A stretch of 64,000 nt of DNA. It comes from Podarcis vaucheri (lineage: Eukaryota). This document shows positions 49,523 through 63,150 of this stretch, one piece after another (the stretch's first letter is position 1; each line of letters opens with the position of its first letter). The stretch lies in the NCBI GenBank assembly GCA_965113315.1, contig OZ220363.1; one strand, given 5' to 3'. The position numbers and the translations under genes were made by a program. The notes beneath the pieces were generated by a model. The model was not told the origin of the DNA and ran no database searches. It was given only the letters and a program-made list of their open reading frames with translations.

Positions 49523-52265
49523 AAGCGTAATAGCCAACTAAATGATACTCAGAGTAGACCTGTTAAAATCAATGAACTTAAGTTACTGACAAACATTGGC
49601 TATCATCCAAAGACAGCATCCGGGACAAGTATCTTCCTGCCGATCTTAAGCAAGAAGAATTGCTTTACAGAACGCAGCTCACATATTCTGATCTGCTAAA
49701 ATCACAGCATTCGAAAGAACTTCAAAAACAATCCCATCCAAGTCTGTGCACACTGGCAAGATTTGCTACACTTACATATTCTCTGGCAGATGCTTATCAA
49801 ATTTCCTCCAGAGCAGACCTCCCAACTTCCTATATTAAGTTGTTCCATTATCCAAAATGTTTGGCATTTTCACATTTTCCCTTCTGCACATTTTACATTT
49901 TTGACCTCTCTCTATTTGGTTTGTTTCCCCTCCACCCTCCTTCATTTGTTCTGGCTGCCAGTCAGATAAAGTGTGATAGACGTTGTAGAAATATCAAAGT
50001 GTGACTTTCCCTTGTGTAAAATGAAGTGTGCAGGTCTTGTACTGGTCCTCCAGCCAATAGTAAATGCCGCTCTGAAAAAATCAATCCCAATGTCAACCAA
50101 GGGTTTGTAATCACATCTATATTTCCAAAGAATTGGGGCTACAAATGGACTTTGACCTTACCATGGGTGAATGCTTCCAGCTGCTGAATTTTATCATTTC
50201 TAGTTATAGATGGAGACCTGCCCTTTCAGATTGTATCTCCTATGGTGTATATCAGCTATAAAACACCCTGAAAGGACCTTTCTCTCTCACACACACATTT
50301 TGCTGAACTTTATCAGACCTGTTCAACAACAACAAAATTTGTCGCCTTAAAGGAATAGACGACTTTTCTGGATCATAGAACGTCTTCAGCTGTTTAAAAT
50401 ATTTAACTCACAGTGGGCCAAGGCATCATTTGCATGACTATTAGCAGAAATTCCACAGGCAGTGCTGATGTTTGATTCACCTCACATAAGGTGGACAGTT
50501 CTTTGTTCTGCAGAATCTGTCATCTGATCAACTCAGAGAAGCAAGGGGAAAGTATTTCATAAATGGACCATGAAGAGGTCATGCTAAAAGAAGCACTGAA
50601 GTACTTCAGTCAAACAGTGTGATGCTGACACAGTCTTGCTCAGTGTCAGGGCAAAATTCAATAGACTTGTTTCAGTGGAATTTCTCCTGGCGAGAGACCA
50701 CAACCAGGTCAGCACCACTCATTAAAATGAATGGAAGCAAACGCACGGAAGAAGTGTGCAGCAAACACTCTGCGGCACTTCAGCATCAGTTTGCGGCACA
50801 CAAACTCACTTTGACCCATATTGCAACTTAAGTGTGAAAGCATGAGAACTGTTTGATGCTATCACTTTCACAATCTAAAGTGGAGATCATTAAAGCTGAA
50901 AATGTGTTGATGCTCTTTTCATGGAAAGGCACATAGCAACTCAGTTTGGAGCATAGCATGGTCAAGACAGGGGGCTATAAAACAGAAAATGTTAGACTGC
51001 TGACCTGTGGTATAAAAGCCTGCCTACTCAATGTTAGCGCTCAGATTTCCTTTTTGCTCTTTCTTTGGGCTCCATCCTGTCCTAGGCAGGAAGTGAAGAC
51101 ATAATTTACATGCAGAGGTGTGCCTTTTTGTAAATACAGCTAAGGATGCTTGTGAGTACCAGCAAAATGAATTTGCCCCCGATTCATGATTGATCAAAGG
51201 GCCAGTCAACATGAGACCTTTATTTATCTGGGACCTGGTTGTCTGATCTCCTAACGGGGCTGATCTAAGGCTGCCTAAAGCACAGCAGCAAATCACCACC
51301 ACCATCGCTGCTGCCACCAAGTCCTCAAATTATTGTAGCGCCTGAACCAAAAAACCCCACAAGCTCTTTCTCGCCCCACCCAGCACAGCAGTAAAAATAC
51401 AATAATAATAATTTAAATAACTAGCATGCCCTTTCATGACACCCAAAACCAGCTGTATGGGGCAGCTACCTCATTCTGCCCTAACTCTTCAAACTTCAAG
51501 CCTGGTGCTTGCATGCAGCAGGGTGAAGACATTTGCCTCAGGCAGCAGATCCGACCCCAGTCATGGTTGCACCTCTGCCAGCCTTGCTACAGCTTCACCC
51601 ATGCCACTGCCACCACAGCACCCAGCCCTCGCCACTAACGCTACATCCTCACCGCTAGTGCTACGCCTTTACTGCATCGTGGTGGCAGCACAGGTGCAGC
51701 CACGAGTGAGGGTGCAGTTGCAGTGGCGGGACCGACAATGACACAGGCATGGTGGCCGGGGAAGGAAGCAGGCCTGGATCTGTGGGGTGTTGCTGTTGAG
51801 GGGCAGCAGCAGGGTGTTTTGCCTACAGCAGCCACCCCTGCTTCATATCCACACCATGCAATTAAAGCACAAACTGAGACCACCACCCCTAAAGTATGCT
51901 GGGGACTGTAGTCTGTTAAGGGTGTAGCTCTGCGAAGGGTAAACTACAGTTCCCAGGATTCCTTGGGGGAAGCAATGTGCTTTAATTGTGATTTAATGTA
52001 TGTTCTGGATTTTCTAGATCTTTACAGGAATGGACCTGCTCCCTATGAATTTCTACCTTGGGAATTAAAATTTCGATGGTGAGTTGTTATTGTTGTTTTT
52101 AGAGCACAGGAGAACAACTTGAGACATATATCTCTTCCGTGAGCTGCATCTTACTGCAGCGTTTCATCCAGCACATCACAGCTGGTGTTAAATGTGTTCT
52201 GACCTAAACCAAGGATGGAGGGGATCACTATGTCTGACGAGGCAGACACAAAAACAAAGGGTTTC

Positions 52266-52425
52266 TGTTATGTACTGAGTTGAATAGGACCCAAAATGCA
52301 GCAGTCTGATTGGTCCTAGAACAATAGGATTCAGAATGCAGCAGTCTGATTGGTCCTAGAACAATACAGCAGTATGATTGGTCCGCAGGAGCCACCCAAT
52401 CCAGCTCCAGGTGGAAGTGAAATCT
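52266..52425 (+). mobile_element. Truncated LTR 5' end with tandem ~40-bp ATTGG-containing repeats
   Basis: Starts TGTTATGTACTGA, the same start as the reverse complement of the 56339-56585 LTR; about 2.5 copies of aatagga...aatgcagcagtctgattggtcctagaac. Confidence 0.65.
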
Positions 52426-53011
52426 ACTCTCAATTCCGAGGATATTTCAGTTTCACAATCTGCCCTTTTTCCAAGAAGCTTCAGCTGCCAAAACTCCAAC
52501 ACACACACACACTGCATCTGCCTTGGTTCGGTCTTTGAAAGATCGTTGCAGAGTGGGCCTTGAGTTTCGTAGTTGGGATCTGAACACAACCAAGTTACAA
52601 ATCACTAATTGCGCTTGCAGCCAGTTTGAATAGCATGAAACCACAGATCATATTGTGACCTCAGAATGCTTTGGGCCACAAGTCCAAAAGAGCAGAACTA
52701 AAAGATCCTAGTTAGGGAAGGCTGCTGCCTTCTTCCTTGGACTCTTTAAAAAAACAGGTTAAGACAAATTTATTCCACCGGCCATTTCAAAATTGCGTTT
52801 GCTGGGGGGGGGGGGTTCAGAGATGTTGCTGCTGATTATGCTACATTCAAGCCAACAAATCCTGAACTGAGTTGATGAAAAGCTTTCCTCTTGTTTTATG
52901 AGGAGGACTTGATTTACACACACAGGGAGACTACTAAAGAGTGGGGGGAGAAACACCTCCACAAATTTTTAAATTTATATAAACGCCATAATAAAACTTT
53001 ATCTCTGGTTA

Positions 53012-53357
53012 ATATTAATAATAATAATTTATTATTTATACCCCGCCCATCTGGCTGGGTTTCCCCAGCCACTCTGGGCGGCTTCCAACAAAATATTAAA
53101 ATACAATAATCCATCAAATATTAAAAACTTCCCTAAACAGGACTGCCTTCAGATGTCTTCCAAAAGTCTGGTAGTTGTTTTTCTCTTTGACATCTGGTGG
53201 GAGGGCATTCCACAGGGTGGGTGCCACTACCAAGAAGGCCCTCTGCCTGGTTCCCTGTAACTTGGCTTCTCGCAGCGAGGGAACTGCCAGAAGGCCCTTG
53301 GAGCTGGACCTCAGTGTCCTGGCAGAACGATGGGGGTGGAGACGCTCCTTCAGGTAT
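53012..53357 (-). mobile_element. L2-clade LINE 3' fragment with complete 3' UTR
   Basis: Reverse complement of the family at 2400-2600, plus tail ccagagtggctggggaaacccagccagatgggcggggtataaataat. Confidence 0.85.
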
Positions 53358-54597
53358 ATTTCTGTATTTCCACAAAATTGTATTTACCATTGCTTAGTTT
53401 CTGTACAACTAAGTTCCATATAACCAATCTTCATCAAGGTTTAAAAACTCAAAAGAAACTAACATAAATCAATAAGGTAATCCAAGCACGTCCACATTCA
53501 TTCAAATGTAAAACTGTGCAGCTTAAGGCACAGCAGACATTTCATAAATTCTATAATGTGAAATGACATAGACATTTGAACAAGGATTTTGATTGACTCT
53601 TGGACTATAAACATTAACTTATCTTTTTGTGGGGTACATGGCTATATAGGCATGCCAAAGCACCTAACTGATGGATCCTGCCACCAGCACTGACAGTACT
53701 GAATGCTTTGGGGAGGTGGGGCATTTAATCCAACTGTGCTCTTTCTCTCTTGCCAAACTGGGGAAAACCATCCCATCCATCAGTCCTTTGTTTCCATCCC
53801 TCAGACCAAGACCCATTTCTGCATAGGAGGAAGAACCTGGGCAACAAAAGAGAGAACTCTCTCTTCATTCCAAATTCAAGGTTTGTTAAGGACCAGGTCA
53901 GCATCGGGCAGGATGCAAATAGTATATAGTTCGACAAATTTTTGACAGTCAAAGTAAGTTGTGGCATAAGATTACTGATTCCGCTTCAACTCCACTGCTA
54001 TAGAATTGTTATATGGAGACTGGAGAATCATCACCATAAGGTGTGGGAGTCAGTTTTAGCAGAAGAAAATATTTCCATTTGTTTTGGAGCGGGAGTGGAA
54101 AAGAGCATTTTCCATGTAAATTCTGTAAATCTGTTCAATGATGATAAATTACTAGCTGGGGCCACAAGATCACCAAAAAAGCAGTTTGAGATGCATGAAT
54201 TTAGAAAAAAGTAGGCAAAAAGTAGTTGCTGCTGCCATCTGGTAAGTAAAATAGAGAGGTCAAGTACATTTATGGACTGGAGAGAAATAGATGAGAAAAA
54301 TCACATAACAGATCCTGCTACATCTAAAGCTGCCATGTTCACGGGCATGCTGGAAGAACATCTTATTTGTTTTTCTGAACATAATTGTGGCTGAAACTGA
54401 AGAGGGAATCCGTTCACATTTCCAAAGTTTAGGTAAAGGAGCTAAACAGTGTCATTTGCTAAGTTTTTAAAAACACGATGCTACATCTACTAAGGGGGAT
54501 AATGACATGTTATGTGCAAATGCATGTAGCTGGGTCCTAATCTCACTTTTTAAAAATGAAAAGCTGTTTTGGAGGCGCAGAGACTGCAACATGCTTG

Positions 54598-54764
54598 TAG
54601 GAATGTAGGAAACTGCCGTTTACTGAATCAGACCATTGGTCTATCTAGCTCTGATCTCAATCATCTGCACTGACTGGCAAAAGCTCTTCAGGGTTACCAG
54701 CAAGGGTCTCTCACAGCCCTAGCTGGAGATGCTGGGGATTGAATTTGAGACCTTCTGTGTGCAA

Positions 54765-54813
<49 letters not shown>

Positions 54814-54836
54814 CTCCACTTCTGAGCTACGGCCCT
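54598..54836 (-). mobile_element. Squam2-like SINE with internal (AAT)n expansion
   Basis: Minus strand gggccgtagctcag...(att)n...aaattcaatcccc; same body as 25750-25954. Confidence 0.7.
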
Positions 54837-55599
54837 TTTGGAAGCTTGTGGGGGTAAGCAGCTGGAGGGGGCAATCTTACGTGCAGAAATAGCAGCCAAG
54901 GAATAGGGGAAGCATCCCTGCCTCTTCTTTGTTCTAAATTCTCCGCTTCTGATACAGCTTTTCTTTTTCTTTAAAAACGCACACATACATTGTTTACACT
55001 TGACTTCATGCCCCAAAGTTAATATCAAAATTAGTATTCTTTGTGCATGTGGGGGACAGCAAAAATCCCATCCCCGATCTCTATCTCTAACATCTTATTT
55101 TATTTTACGGGACTATTTATAAACTGTCAGCGCATAAGAAATATTGAGGCGGTGCATTCTATAAAATCATAAAACTAGAAAACCATAAAATTCTAAAACC
55201 ATAAAAAAACCAGAACGAATGACCTTAGAAGAACAAGGATATGTGAAACTATTCCTCTGGGGAATCAATACTTTGTATAAAGAAAGATGCGTTTCCAAAT
55301 TACTTCTGCAACTATCAGTAAAAACAGGATGAGAAAGAGAATGCCCTACAAGAAATTAAGTCCATGGTCATGCAAATAGTTACTTTGGTTTTTTTTTAAT
55401 CCTGTCCTCCTGCCTTATTTTTCTGATCAAAATGTTACCAGAGTAGGTCTCTCTCCCCACCACCAAGGGAACTACCACCACCTCAAAAGGCAGAGATGAA
55501 GATAATTCTGCAGTGTCCTTGTTTACAGAACACCTTTCTTCCTGTGAGTTGGGAGATACTCCTGTACAGAATTACTCTGAAAGCGTTAGAAGCTATTGA

Positions 55600-55646
55600 T
55601 TTGTTCCCAAGAAATACCAGGTTTGTTCCCAAGAAATACCAGGTTT
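55600..55646. repeat. Perfect 22-bp tandem duplication TTTGTTCCCAAGAAATACCAGG x2
   Basis: Direct read: 55600-55621 and 55622-55643, followed by ttt. Confidence 0.9.
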
Positions 55647-56184
55647 CTTCTCTCTCATAGATAAATAGATGGATAGGCAGCTAAGTATGTAGGTAGGCAG
55701 ATCAAGATCAAGACAGATATAGCTAACTAATCTCAAAGCTACAATTAAGAAACATGCATTTTCATCCTTAAGAAGAAACTCCTTTTAAACTGTGTAGGAA
55801 ATATTGGCAATTTTTTAAAAAGTAAACAAATATTTGTTTCTATTATTATTTTTGAGGGTTACCACCTGTCTTTTTATGAACTGCAGCCAATATGAAGCAG
55901 CTTTAAGAGGTTATTATAGAAGGAGACTTCAGATTCAGTATTAGGGGACTGAGATGCCAGAAGGCTACAAGAATGAACCTTAGCGGCTTGTTGTTTAAAT
56001 CTCCTGAACATGTCATTTGTTCACATGATTTGTGGCAAGGGAATAATGGATCGCCTTGTCTTTGTACCAGGCTGAATTGGGGAGAACCTTTCCATTTTAA
56101 AAATATTTTTCTACATGTTGAAATCCATGAAAAAAATCACAGTGTGTTTGTGGGGGAGAGGGGCTTAACTGAAGTTGGAGTCCA

Positions 56185-56635
56185 GCAATGTGTGCAGAGG
56201 AGAAGAAACCAATCAAGGGTCTGAAAATCAAGCCCTATGAGGAACGGTTGAGGGAGTTATGTTTAGCCTGGAAAAGAGGAGGCTATCAAATATCTAAAGG
56301 GTTGTCATATGGGAAATGGAGCAAGCTTGTTTTCTCCTTGTTAAGTTGTGGGTGAACATATCAGATGACACAGCGATTCTTCAAACAGCTCTTGTTTATT
56401 CACAGGCCAGAACAGAACTGAACTGAAGGGTTCAGTCAGCCTGCTTATATAGAGCTCCTGTACAACGTAACTGTAACAATTTTCTAAAACTATCCAATCA
56501 CTGAACATCACTTTTGATCCCTTATTTGCATAACTATCTACAGTATCCCCCTGCTGGCCCAGGGTGAAAACTTCAGTACATAACACTCCTGCTCCGGAAG
56601 GTAGGACCCGAACCAAGAACCTTAACCCATGGAAA
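56185..56635 (+). mobile_element. Degenerate CR1 ORF2 3' fragment split by a solo LTR
   Basis: ccctatgaggaacggttgagggag...tgtttagcctggaaaagaggagg matches 18663-18716; it resumes after the LTR at 56591. Confidence 0.8.
56339..56585 (-). mobile_element. Solo LTR (247 bp), probably Gypsy-type
   Basis: TGTTA...TAACA termini; 5-bp TSD CTCCT (56334-56338, 56586-56590); minus-strand TATATAAG (56444-56451) followed by AATAAA (56395-56400). Confidence 0.88.
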
Positions 56636-57660
56636 GGGCTCCCCATTGAATTTGTACATATGTAGAGCTCAAAAGTTGCCTGATAAATTTCTAGTTTTCT
56701 CAGGGACTGTCACAACCTTCCAAAGTAATCAGGTGAAGTTAGGAAGGCTTTGGGCAATTTGGAGGAATCATGCTTCCTGACAACCAGCTTATTAGCAGAG
56801 AGTATCACTCTTATTCCCTTCAGTGGGACTTGTGCAGGACAGCTTCATGGTAGATCATGCCTCTGATAGTTTTAGGGCTGCAGAAAAACCTAGCAGGGTG
56901 AATCTGAAGACAGATTACTGTATAAAAAACAGACTATGGCAAATGCCAGATGAGTGAAACCAGAGAAAACCATATGTTGTATGTTTTAAAATTACATATT
57001 TTTTTAAAAAATAAGGATTTCTGTATTCCTCACGCATCTTCTCTGAAGTCTGGATTTTTCCTTCCGTGGCCTTGTCTAGAGAAGTACAAATGATGGATGC
57101 GTGACCAAAGCTATTGTTTGAATCTGCAGGCGCAGTGCAGATTGCACCCAGATCCCTTCCCCTCCTCATTAATTAGATTTCTTTCCACTAGAATGATGCT
57201 CATTGTGTAAAAACAAAGGCAGCAATAGGTTAGATTGCAAACAAGTAAAACTACATTCTTTGGCAAGCAAGGGGAAACACCCTGCTCTGCTTCCACTTGC
57301 ATTCAGCCATATTTCTAATAAGAAATAAAGTGAAAGGTTCTTAGCAGTGGTGCTTTCGGGGAAGGAGTCTGGGGGAGACGTCAAGGGCCCCACACCACAG
57401 GAGGAGCAGGATGGCTGCTAATCACAAGAGCTCTGACTTACTACATTTTGAAGTCAAGCATTGTTTCTCTGGACACCCATTGCTTTATTTTCATTCGCAG
57501 ATTCCGTGTTGCCTGTTACATGTTGCACTCTTTCTATTAAAACCATTTTTTGTAAAAAACAACAACCTTAAACTAAACTAAACTAAAAATTAATACACAT
57601 GACCATCTCATAACAGGGACCTTATAAAGCCATTAAGTCCAAAATTACCCAAGCCTCCTA

Positions 57661-58010
57661 GGACGCGGGTGGTGCTGTGGGTTAAACCACAGAGCCTAGG
57701 GCTTGTCGATCAGAAGGTCAACGGTTCAAATCCCCATGACGGGGTGAGCTGCCGTTGCTCGGTCCCTGCTTCTGCCAACCTAGCAGTTCGAAAGCACACC
57801 AGTGCAAGTAGATAAATAGGTACCGCTCCAGCGGAAAGGTAAACGGTGTTTCCGTGCGCTGCTCTGGTTCGCCAGAAGCGGCTTAGTCATGCTGGCCACA
57901 TGACCCGGAAGCTGTATGCCGGCTCCCTCGGCCAGTAAAGTGAGATGAGCGCTGCAACCCCAGAGTCGGTTACGACTGGACCTAATGATCAGGGGTCCCT
58001 TTAGCTTTAC
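57661..58010 (+). mobile_element. Sauria SINE
   Basis: Same family: ggacgcgggtggtgctgtggg ... ggggtccctttagctttac. Confidence 0.92.
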
Positions 58011-59497
58011 TTACCTAGTGCTATCCAACCACTATTTTTTCCTGTTATAAGCTAGAAGTGGAATCAAAATATGGTTTCTACACTTGTGTGCTTTTCCTTT
58101 ATGTATTTCCAGTGGAGCATTTACCACAACACATCCTAGAACTGCTTCCCAAGTGGCACAGGGGACTCCTCTTTAAGCTAATAAAAACATTGTGGCTGTC
58201 TGAGGGACATTCATATCCTTGTGGCATTGTTTCAGTTGGTGTACCAGAATCATTCTTGACCAGATAGCTCTGGGCCAGTCTTTTCTACAAAGCTACTTGT
58301 CCATCTTCCCTATTTGTACTGCTTTGCCAGCAGGGCAAGAAATAGTGCGGTGAGAGAGCTGAGGGCAGGGTAACATGCTGCGTTTGAGGAAATCTTTTGT
58401 TTAGGTGACAAGGCCACAAATTCTTCCACCTACTAGGGCATGGGTGTGATGAACCTGTAACGCTCTATATGTTATCAGATTCCAGCTCCCATGAGACCTA
58501 GCTAGCAGGGTCAATGGTCAGGGATGATGGGAACTGGAGTACAAACTCATCCTAAGGCATGGGTACCTGCAGGAACCTTTCCAGGGGGGCTGGTGGGGAC
58601 CAAAATGAAACACTGTAGGCTAGTCAGAAAAAAATGAGAATAATGGTGTCTGTACTTTGCGCATTATATCTCATGAAATTTCTCTCTCTTGTTCTTTTTA
58701 AAGAAATCTGGAACCTGTGGATTTTACATATGGAAATCCCCCCTGGGGATACTTATGTCCAAGGGGCCATAGGTTACCTTTCGCTTCAAAAGTGAATGTC
58801 ACTGCTTTAGAAAGTTATCATTGACTTTATGACATTGGCAGCCATTACACCAGTGGTAGGAAACCCTGAGCCCATGCGCATAGTTAGGATTTGGATAAAC
58901 CACACCCACTGACATCATGTAACATGGAAATTTAAGTGGGAGAAGTTAAAAAAAGCTGCAGCTTAGATGAAGAATCTTCTTTACAGCTACACTCTGAAGC
59001 TTCAGCCACCTGACCTCACATGCAGTTACATGACTGGCAGGTGAGTGTGGCCCAAGCCACCTGTCAAAGTGGCCTGCAGAGAGTTGCAGAGTCACTTCTG
59101 CACCATACATTTAAAGCACTCCTGCTGTTTTAACAGTCACATCTTTCCCCAAAGAGTCTTGGAAAGTTAAGCTTGTTAAGGGTACCGACTCTGCAATTCC
59201 CAGGATCCTTAGCAAACCACAGTTCCAGGATACTCCATGACTGTTAAAGTGATATGACATTGATTTATCTAGCTATTTATTTATTTATTTATAGTAGATT
59301 TATATACAGTACCACCCTTCATCAGTAAATCTCAGGGAAGTTCACAGAATAAAATACTGGAGAAAAACAAGTAAATAATTAAAACAAAACAGCAAAACAA
59401 TAATGCCCCCCTTCCCACAGACACATTTAAAAGTCTGTAGAATATTGATCAGCCCTAGACCTGGTTGAAGAGGAATGTTGCTCAAAAGATTTCCTAC

Positions 59498-59987
59498 CAT
59501 ACCTTCCAACATTTTAAAAACTTCCCTATACAGGGCTGCCTTCAGATATCTTCTAAAGGTTGTATAGTTAATTATTTCTTTAGCTCGGGGATCACATAGT
59601 TCCATGTGTGGTGTAGTGGTTAAGAGCGATGACTGGTAATCTGGGGAACTGAGTTCGCGTCTCCGCTCCTCCACATGCAGCTGCTGAGTGACCTTGGGCT
59701 AGTCACACTTCTCTGAAGTCTCTCAGCCCCACTCACCTCACAGAGTGTTTGTTGTCGGAGAGGAAGGGAAAGGAGAATGTTAGCTGCATTGAGACTCCTT
59801 CAGGTAGTGATAAAGTGGGACATCAAATCCAAACTCTTCTTCTTCTTCTTCCATACTTTCCAGCATTTCTCCAAAGAAAATAAGGACATCCTAAGGAAAA
59901 GTGGGACATCGCAGGATCAAATCAGAAACCGGGATGGCTTCTCTAAATCAGGGATGCTCTGGAAAATAGGGACACTTGGAGGGTCTG
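59498..59987 (-). mobile_element. Same chimeric TIR element, partial, split by a Squam3-like SINE
   Basis: Reverse complement of 45138-45362. Confidence 0.75.
59606..59848 (+). mobile_element. Squam3-like SINE nested in a chimeric TIR element
   Basis: gtgtggtgtagtggttaagag...(TTC)n; flanking duplication TTCCAT at 59600-59605 and 59849-59854. Confidence 0.88.
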
Positions 59988-62023
59988 CAAAGGCAGTGCT
60001 CCTTTTGGCGGCAGCATCAGAACTGAGTAATGAGTTTAATCTCCTTTAGTCAACGCAAAGTGCTGAAGGGTTCTGGTTTGACACTGCTGTAGTTAGGAAA
60101 CCAGAATATACTTCTCTTTAGACAATATTGAAAATTGTCATTGTTTAGTAAATAAATCTACCACACCATTCAATATTTGGAAGGAAAGCAAAATAAACAG
60201 TAGCAGGGAAGTACCACTCAAAATACCTCTGTGCAGCTGGAAGCCCATACGGCCTGTTGGATTGCAACTGGCTGATCATGCAGAGCTTGGCACTCTACCA
60301 CAAGAGTCTAAGAACAACAAAAAAAGGTACCAAGAAGGAATATTGGTGTAAAACAAATCAAAATGTAGAAGAAGCAGTGCTATTTTTCTAGATAAAGAGG
60401 TGTCGGAACTCACCTTGTTGTCTTATATAATGGCAATGGTGCCCACCTGAGAGGTGCCAGAACTCATTTCCAGCAACTTCCAGCTGAAAAATGCCCTGAG
60501 AAGAAGTATGAAGTTCACCACTATGTGCCCACAATTCACAGCGATGAAGCACAATGCATGATAGAGTCATTCTGTGATCCTTGTCAGTTTTCCACTGCAA
60601 CACTTTAGCCTGATGTAGATAATATATTTCAAGAGTAGCCAAAATGGTGGCAACTGCCAGCCCTGATGTTCTTGTATTAAAACTTTCAGCAGCCCCAAAG
60701 AGCATGTCCAATTGTTATGGTTCAGGGGAGTCATAGTCCAGCAACAGGAATACACTAAAGATTCAAGCACTGGCCCTTCTCAGAGACAGTATGTTGGGTT
60801 TGCTGGCTGACCCATTGGTTTGACCTGGTAAAATTGGCCTTTTGAAAGAAAAGCAGCCGCAACCCTGATTTTTAAGGTGATGGATACTTGCCTTTTGTAC
60901 ACCAGTAATATTTTCAGGTTAATCAAATGATTAAAATAATAGTATGGAATAGATATGGTAATATAAGCAGCAGATGGTTACACTGACCTTGAGGATCAGG
61001 GGCATACAAAACTCAGGGCATAGACCCATGGCAGACATTTGCATAATGTTTGCATGTGCCAATCTATATGTATGGATATCACAGAGGGTGGCTGACCATG
61101 GAGGCTGGTGCCCATTGGGGCTGGAAGGGCAGAAGGCAGAGAGATCCAAAAGGAGGTGGAGCCAGAGCCAATGACAGGCAGAGCAACCACCTGACTGGTT
61201 GTAAGTAAGAAGACAGGTAGAGGCTGGTGAGGATGGGCTGGGGTTGGTGGGGCAGTGCCCCATTTGCCCTAATGAACCAGCCTCACTGGCATGGCGCTGT
61301 GCCGTGAACTGGCCGCCATGTAAGAAAGTTATGAGTTTAGAAAAAGGGAGGAAAAGGGGCGGAAGATTCAGGAGCAGGAATGAAAGATCTGAGTCTCTGG
61401 TCTCCAGGGCTACCCCCTAACAATGTCCCTGATGGGGATATAAGTAATTATGACTTGAATGAGTAATGATCTGATTAATTTTGATGCAGCCTGTGTATAT
61501 GTGTGTGAGAGCAGGAGAGAGAGATAAAGGAAGAAATCTGTCTGTTTAAGTGTAATACCTAAGCTGATACCAAGCCTGGCACTATCTATAACTCCTAATT
61601 TGTTCTGCTAATGGACAGGGTCCGTCCATATGGGAATTAGCACATAAACCCATTGAGCTGCTTCTGATATTTATGCAAACATAAGAACCTCAATTTGATA
61701 TTATCAGCAACACCATCTGTAATGTTCTGTTCTAGGTCTCCGGTTTTTTGTTTTTTGTTTTAATAGATTGAAATTTAAACTTTCTATACTGCCTTCAAGC
61801 ATACCAAAATATACAGTAAAGCCAGATGTCTATATATCTAATGAATCATACAGTTTACAGTCTCTGGCTAAGATAAAAAAGGATGGAAAAGAAGATGATG
61901 AAAATCCAACAGATGTCCCAAAATATCTTTTGTGTCTCACAGCACTTCAAATCTTCCCATTGCTGCAATTTCTTTTTAACTTCTTTATGTCACTATTACT
62001 AAGCAGATGCTGATTCACTGAAC

Positions 62024-62135
62024 CAGGGGTGAGGAACCTCAGCCCCTCCAGACATTGCTGGACTTCAATTCCCATCAGCCCCAGCCAACATGGCCAATGG
62101 TCAGGGATGATGGGGACTGTAGTCGAACAATGTAT
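62024..62135. repeat. Abundant short hAT-derived MITE (gactacaactcccatca ... tgatgggagttgtagtc)
   Basis: Imperfect palindrome. Related copies at ~1520-1625, 14162-14225, 14605-14665, 31950-32025, 32215-32315, 38345-38462 and 58437-58560. Confidence 0.65.
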
Positions 62136-62789
62136 GAAGACCTCCAACAATATCAACAGGTTGCTCTGCACTGAGCAATGGTGTGTGTATTCTAAAAACC
62201 TCCAGTACTAAAAACAAAAGAAAGGGGTTGGAATGCCATGGATAGCATATTGCATGAAAGCAATTTCCAGAAAGCATGCATAAATCTCAGGTTAAAGAAA
62301 GTCTTGGTAATCTTTTTGTTTCTAAAGAAAGGAATAAACTTAGTTTCTTGCTTCTTTGGCAGAGGGACCTATTGATTTTGAAATCTTATTTCAAATTATT
62401 ATTAACTGCCTATCCCCACAAGGCTCAGGAGTAAACCCTACACAAATCTGGAGCAGAGTCCCTAAGGCGGTTGGATGGCATTTTGTACCCCTCCTTCCAA
62501 CAACTTCTGCAGCCATGCTGGTGCCAGACATATTGCTCTGCTTTCCTTTGGACCACATCAGCGGGGTCTTCTCGTCTGGGCAGCCCAGGACCTCCACACA
62601 CACTTGCCTGGCTTGTGCCCTGGGCAGGTCACTTTGGCGCTGTGGAGGCACACTCCATTGTCTCTTGAGACAGATGGAGGCCAACAGCAACAAGCCCCGC
62701 AACAAGCCTTTTAATTAGGTCACACATTACAGCATAGAAGAAGACAGATCTTTGTCCCAAGGTCTAAAATTACACAGAGGGAAAACAAA

Positions 62790-63150
62790 GGAGAAAGGGA
62801 GACAGGGTGTCAGCATTTCTTAAACTGCCCCAAAACAGATTCCAACAATAATGTAAACAAAGAACAATGACAGCAAAACACAAGCAGCCATAAAATGCCA
62901 CCGATAAAACAATAGCAGCAACAATAAAAAAGAAAGAATTGTTGCTCATTAAAACCAAGAATATACGAAAAGGTTTTGACCTGGTGCCTAAAACTCAGTA
63001 GCATATGTGGGCAAGTATCTCTGAAGAGGGTGTTTCATAACCCAGGCACCACCCCAGAAAAGACCCTATCTGCTCACCACTCAACTATCCCCTGAAAGAA
63101 AAGGTGCACCTAAAAGGGTTTGTGGTGGTGAACTTAAAAGATGGACAGGT
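62790..63150 (-). mobile_element. Old L2-like LINE 3' end
   Basis: Minus strand reads SFRHQVKTFSY preceded by a degenerate FSxxxPxLWNxL-like segment and followed by a T-rich UTR. Confidence 0.5.

Noticed and set aside
52275-52385. CRISPR-like repeat-spacer appearance
   Set aside because: Plain tandem repeats with no unique spacers, in a eukaryotic LTR context.
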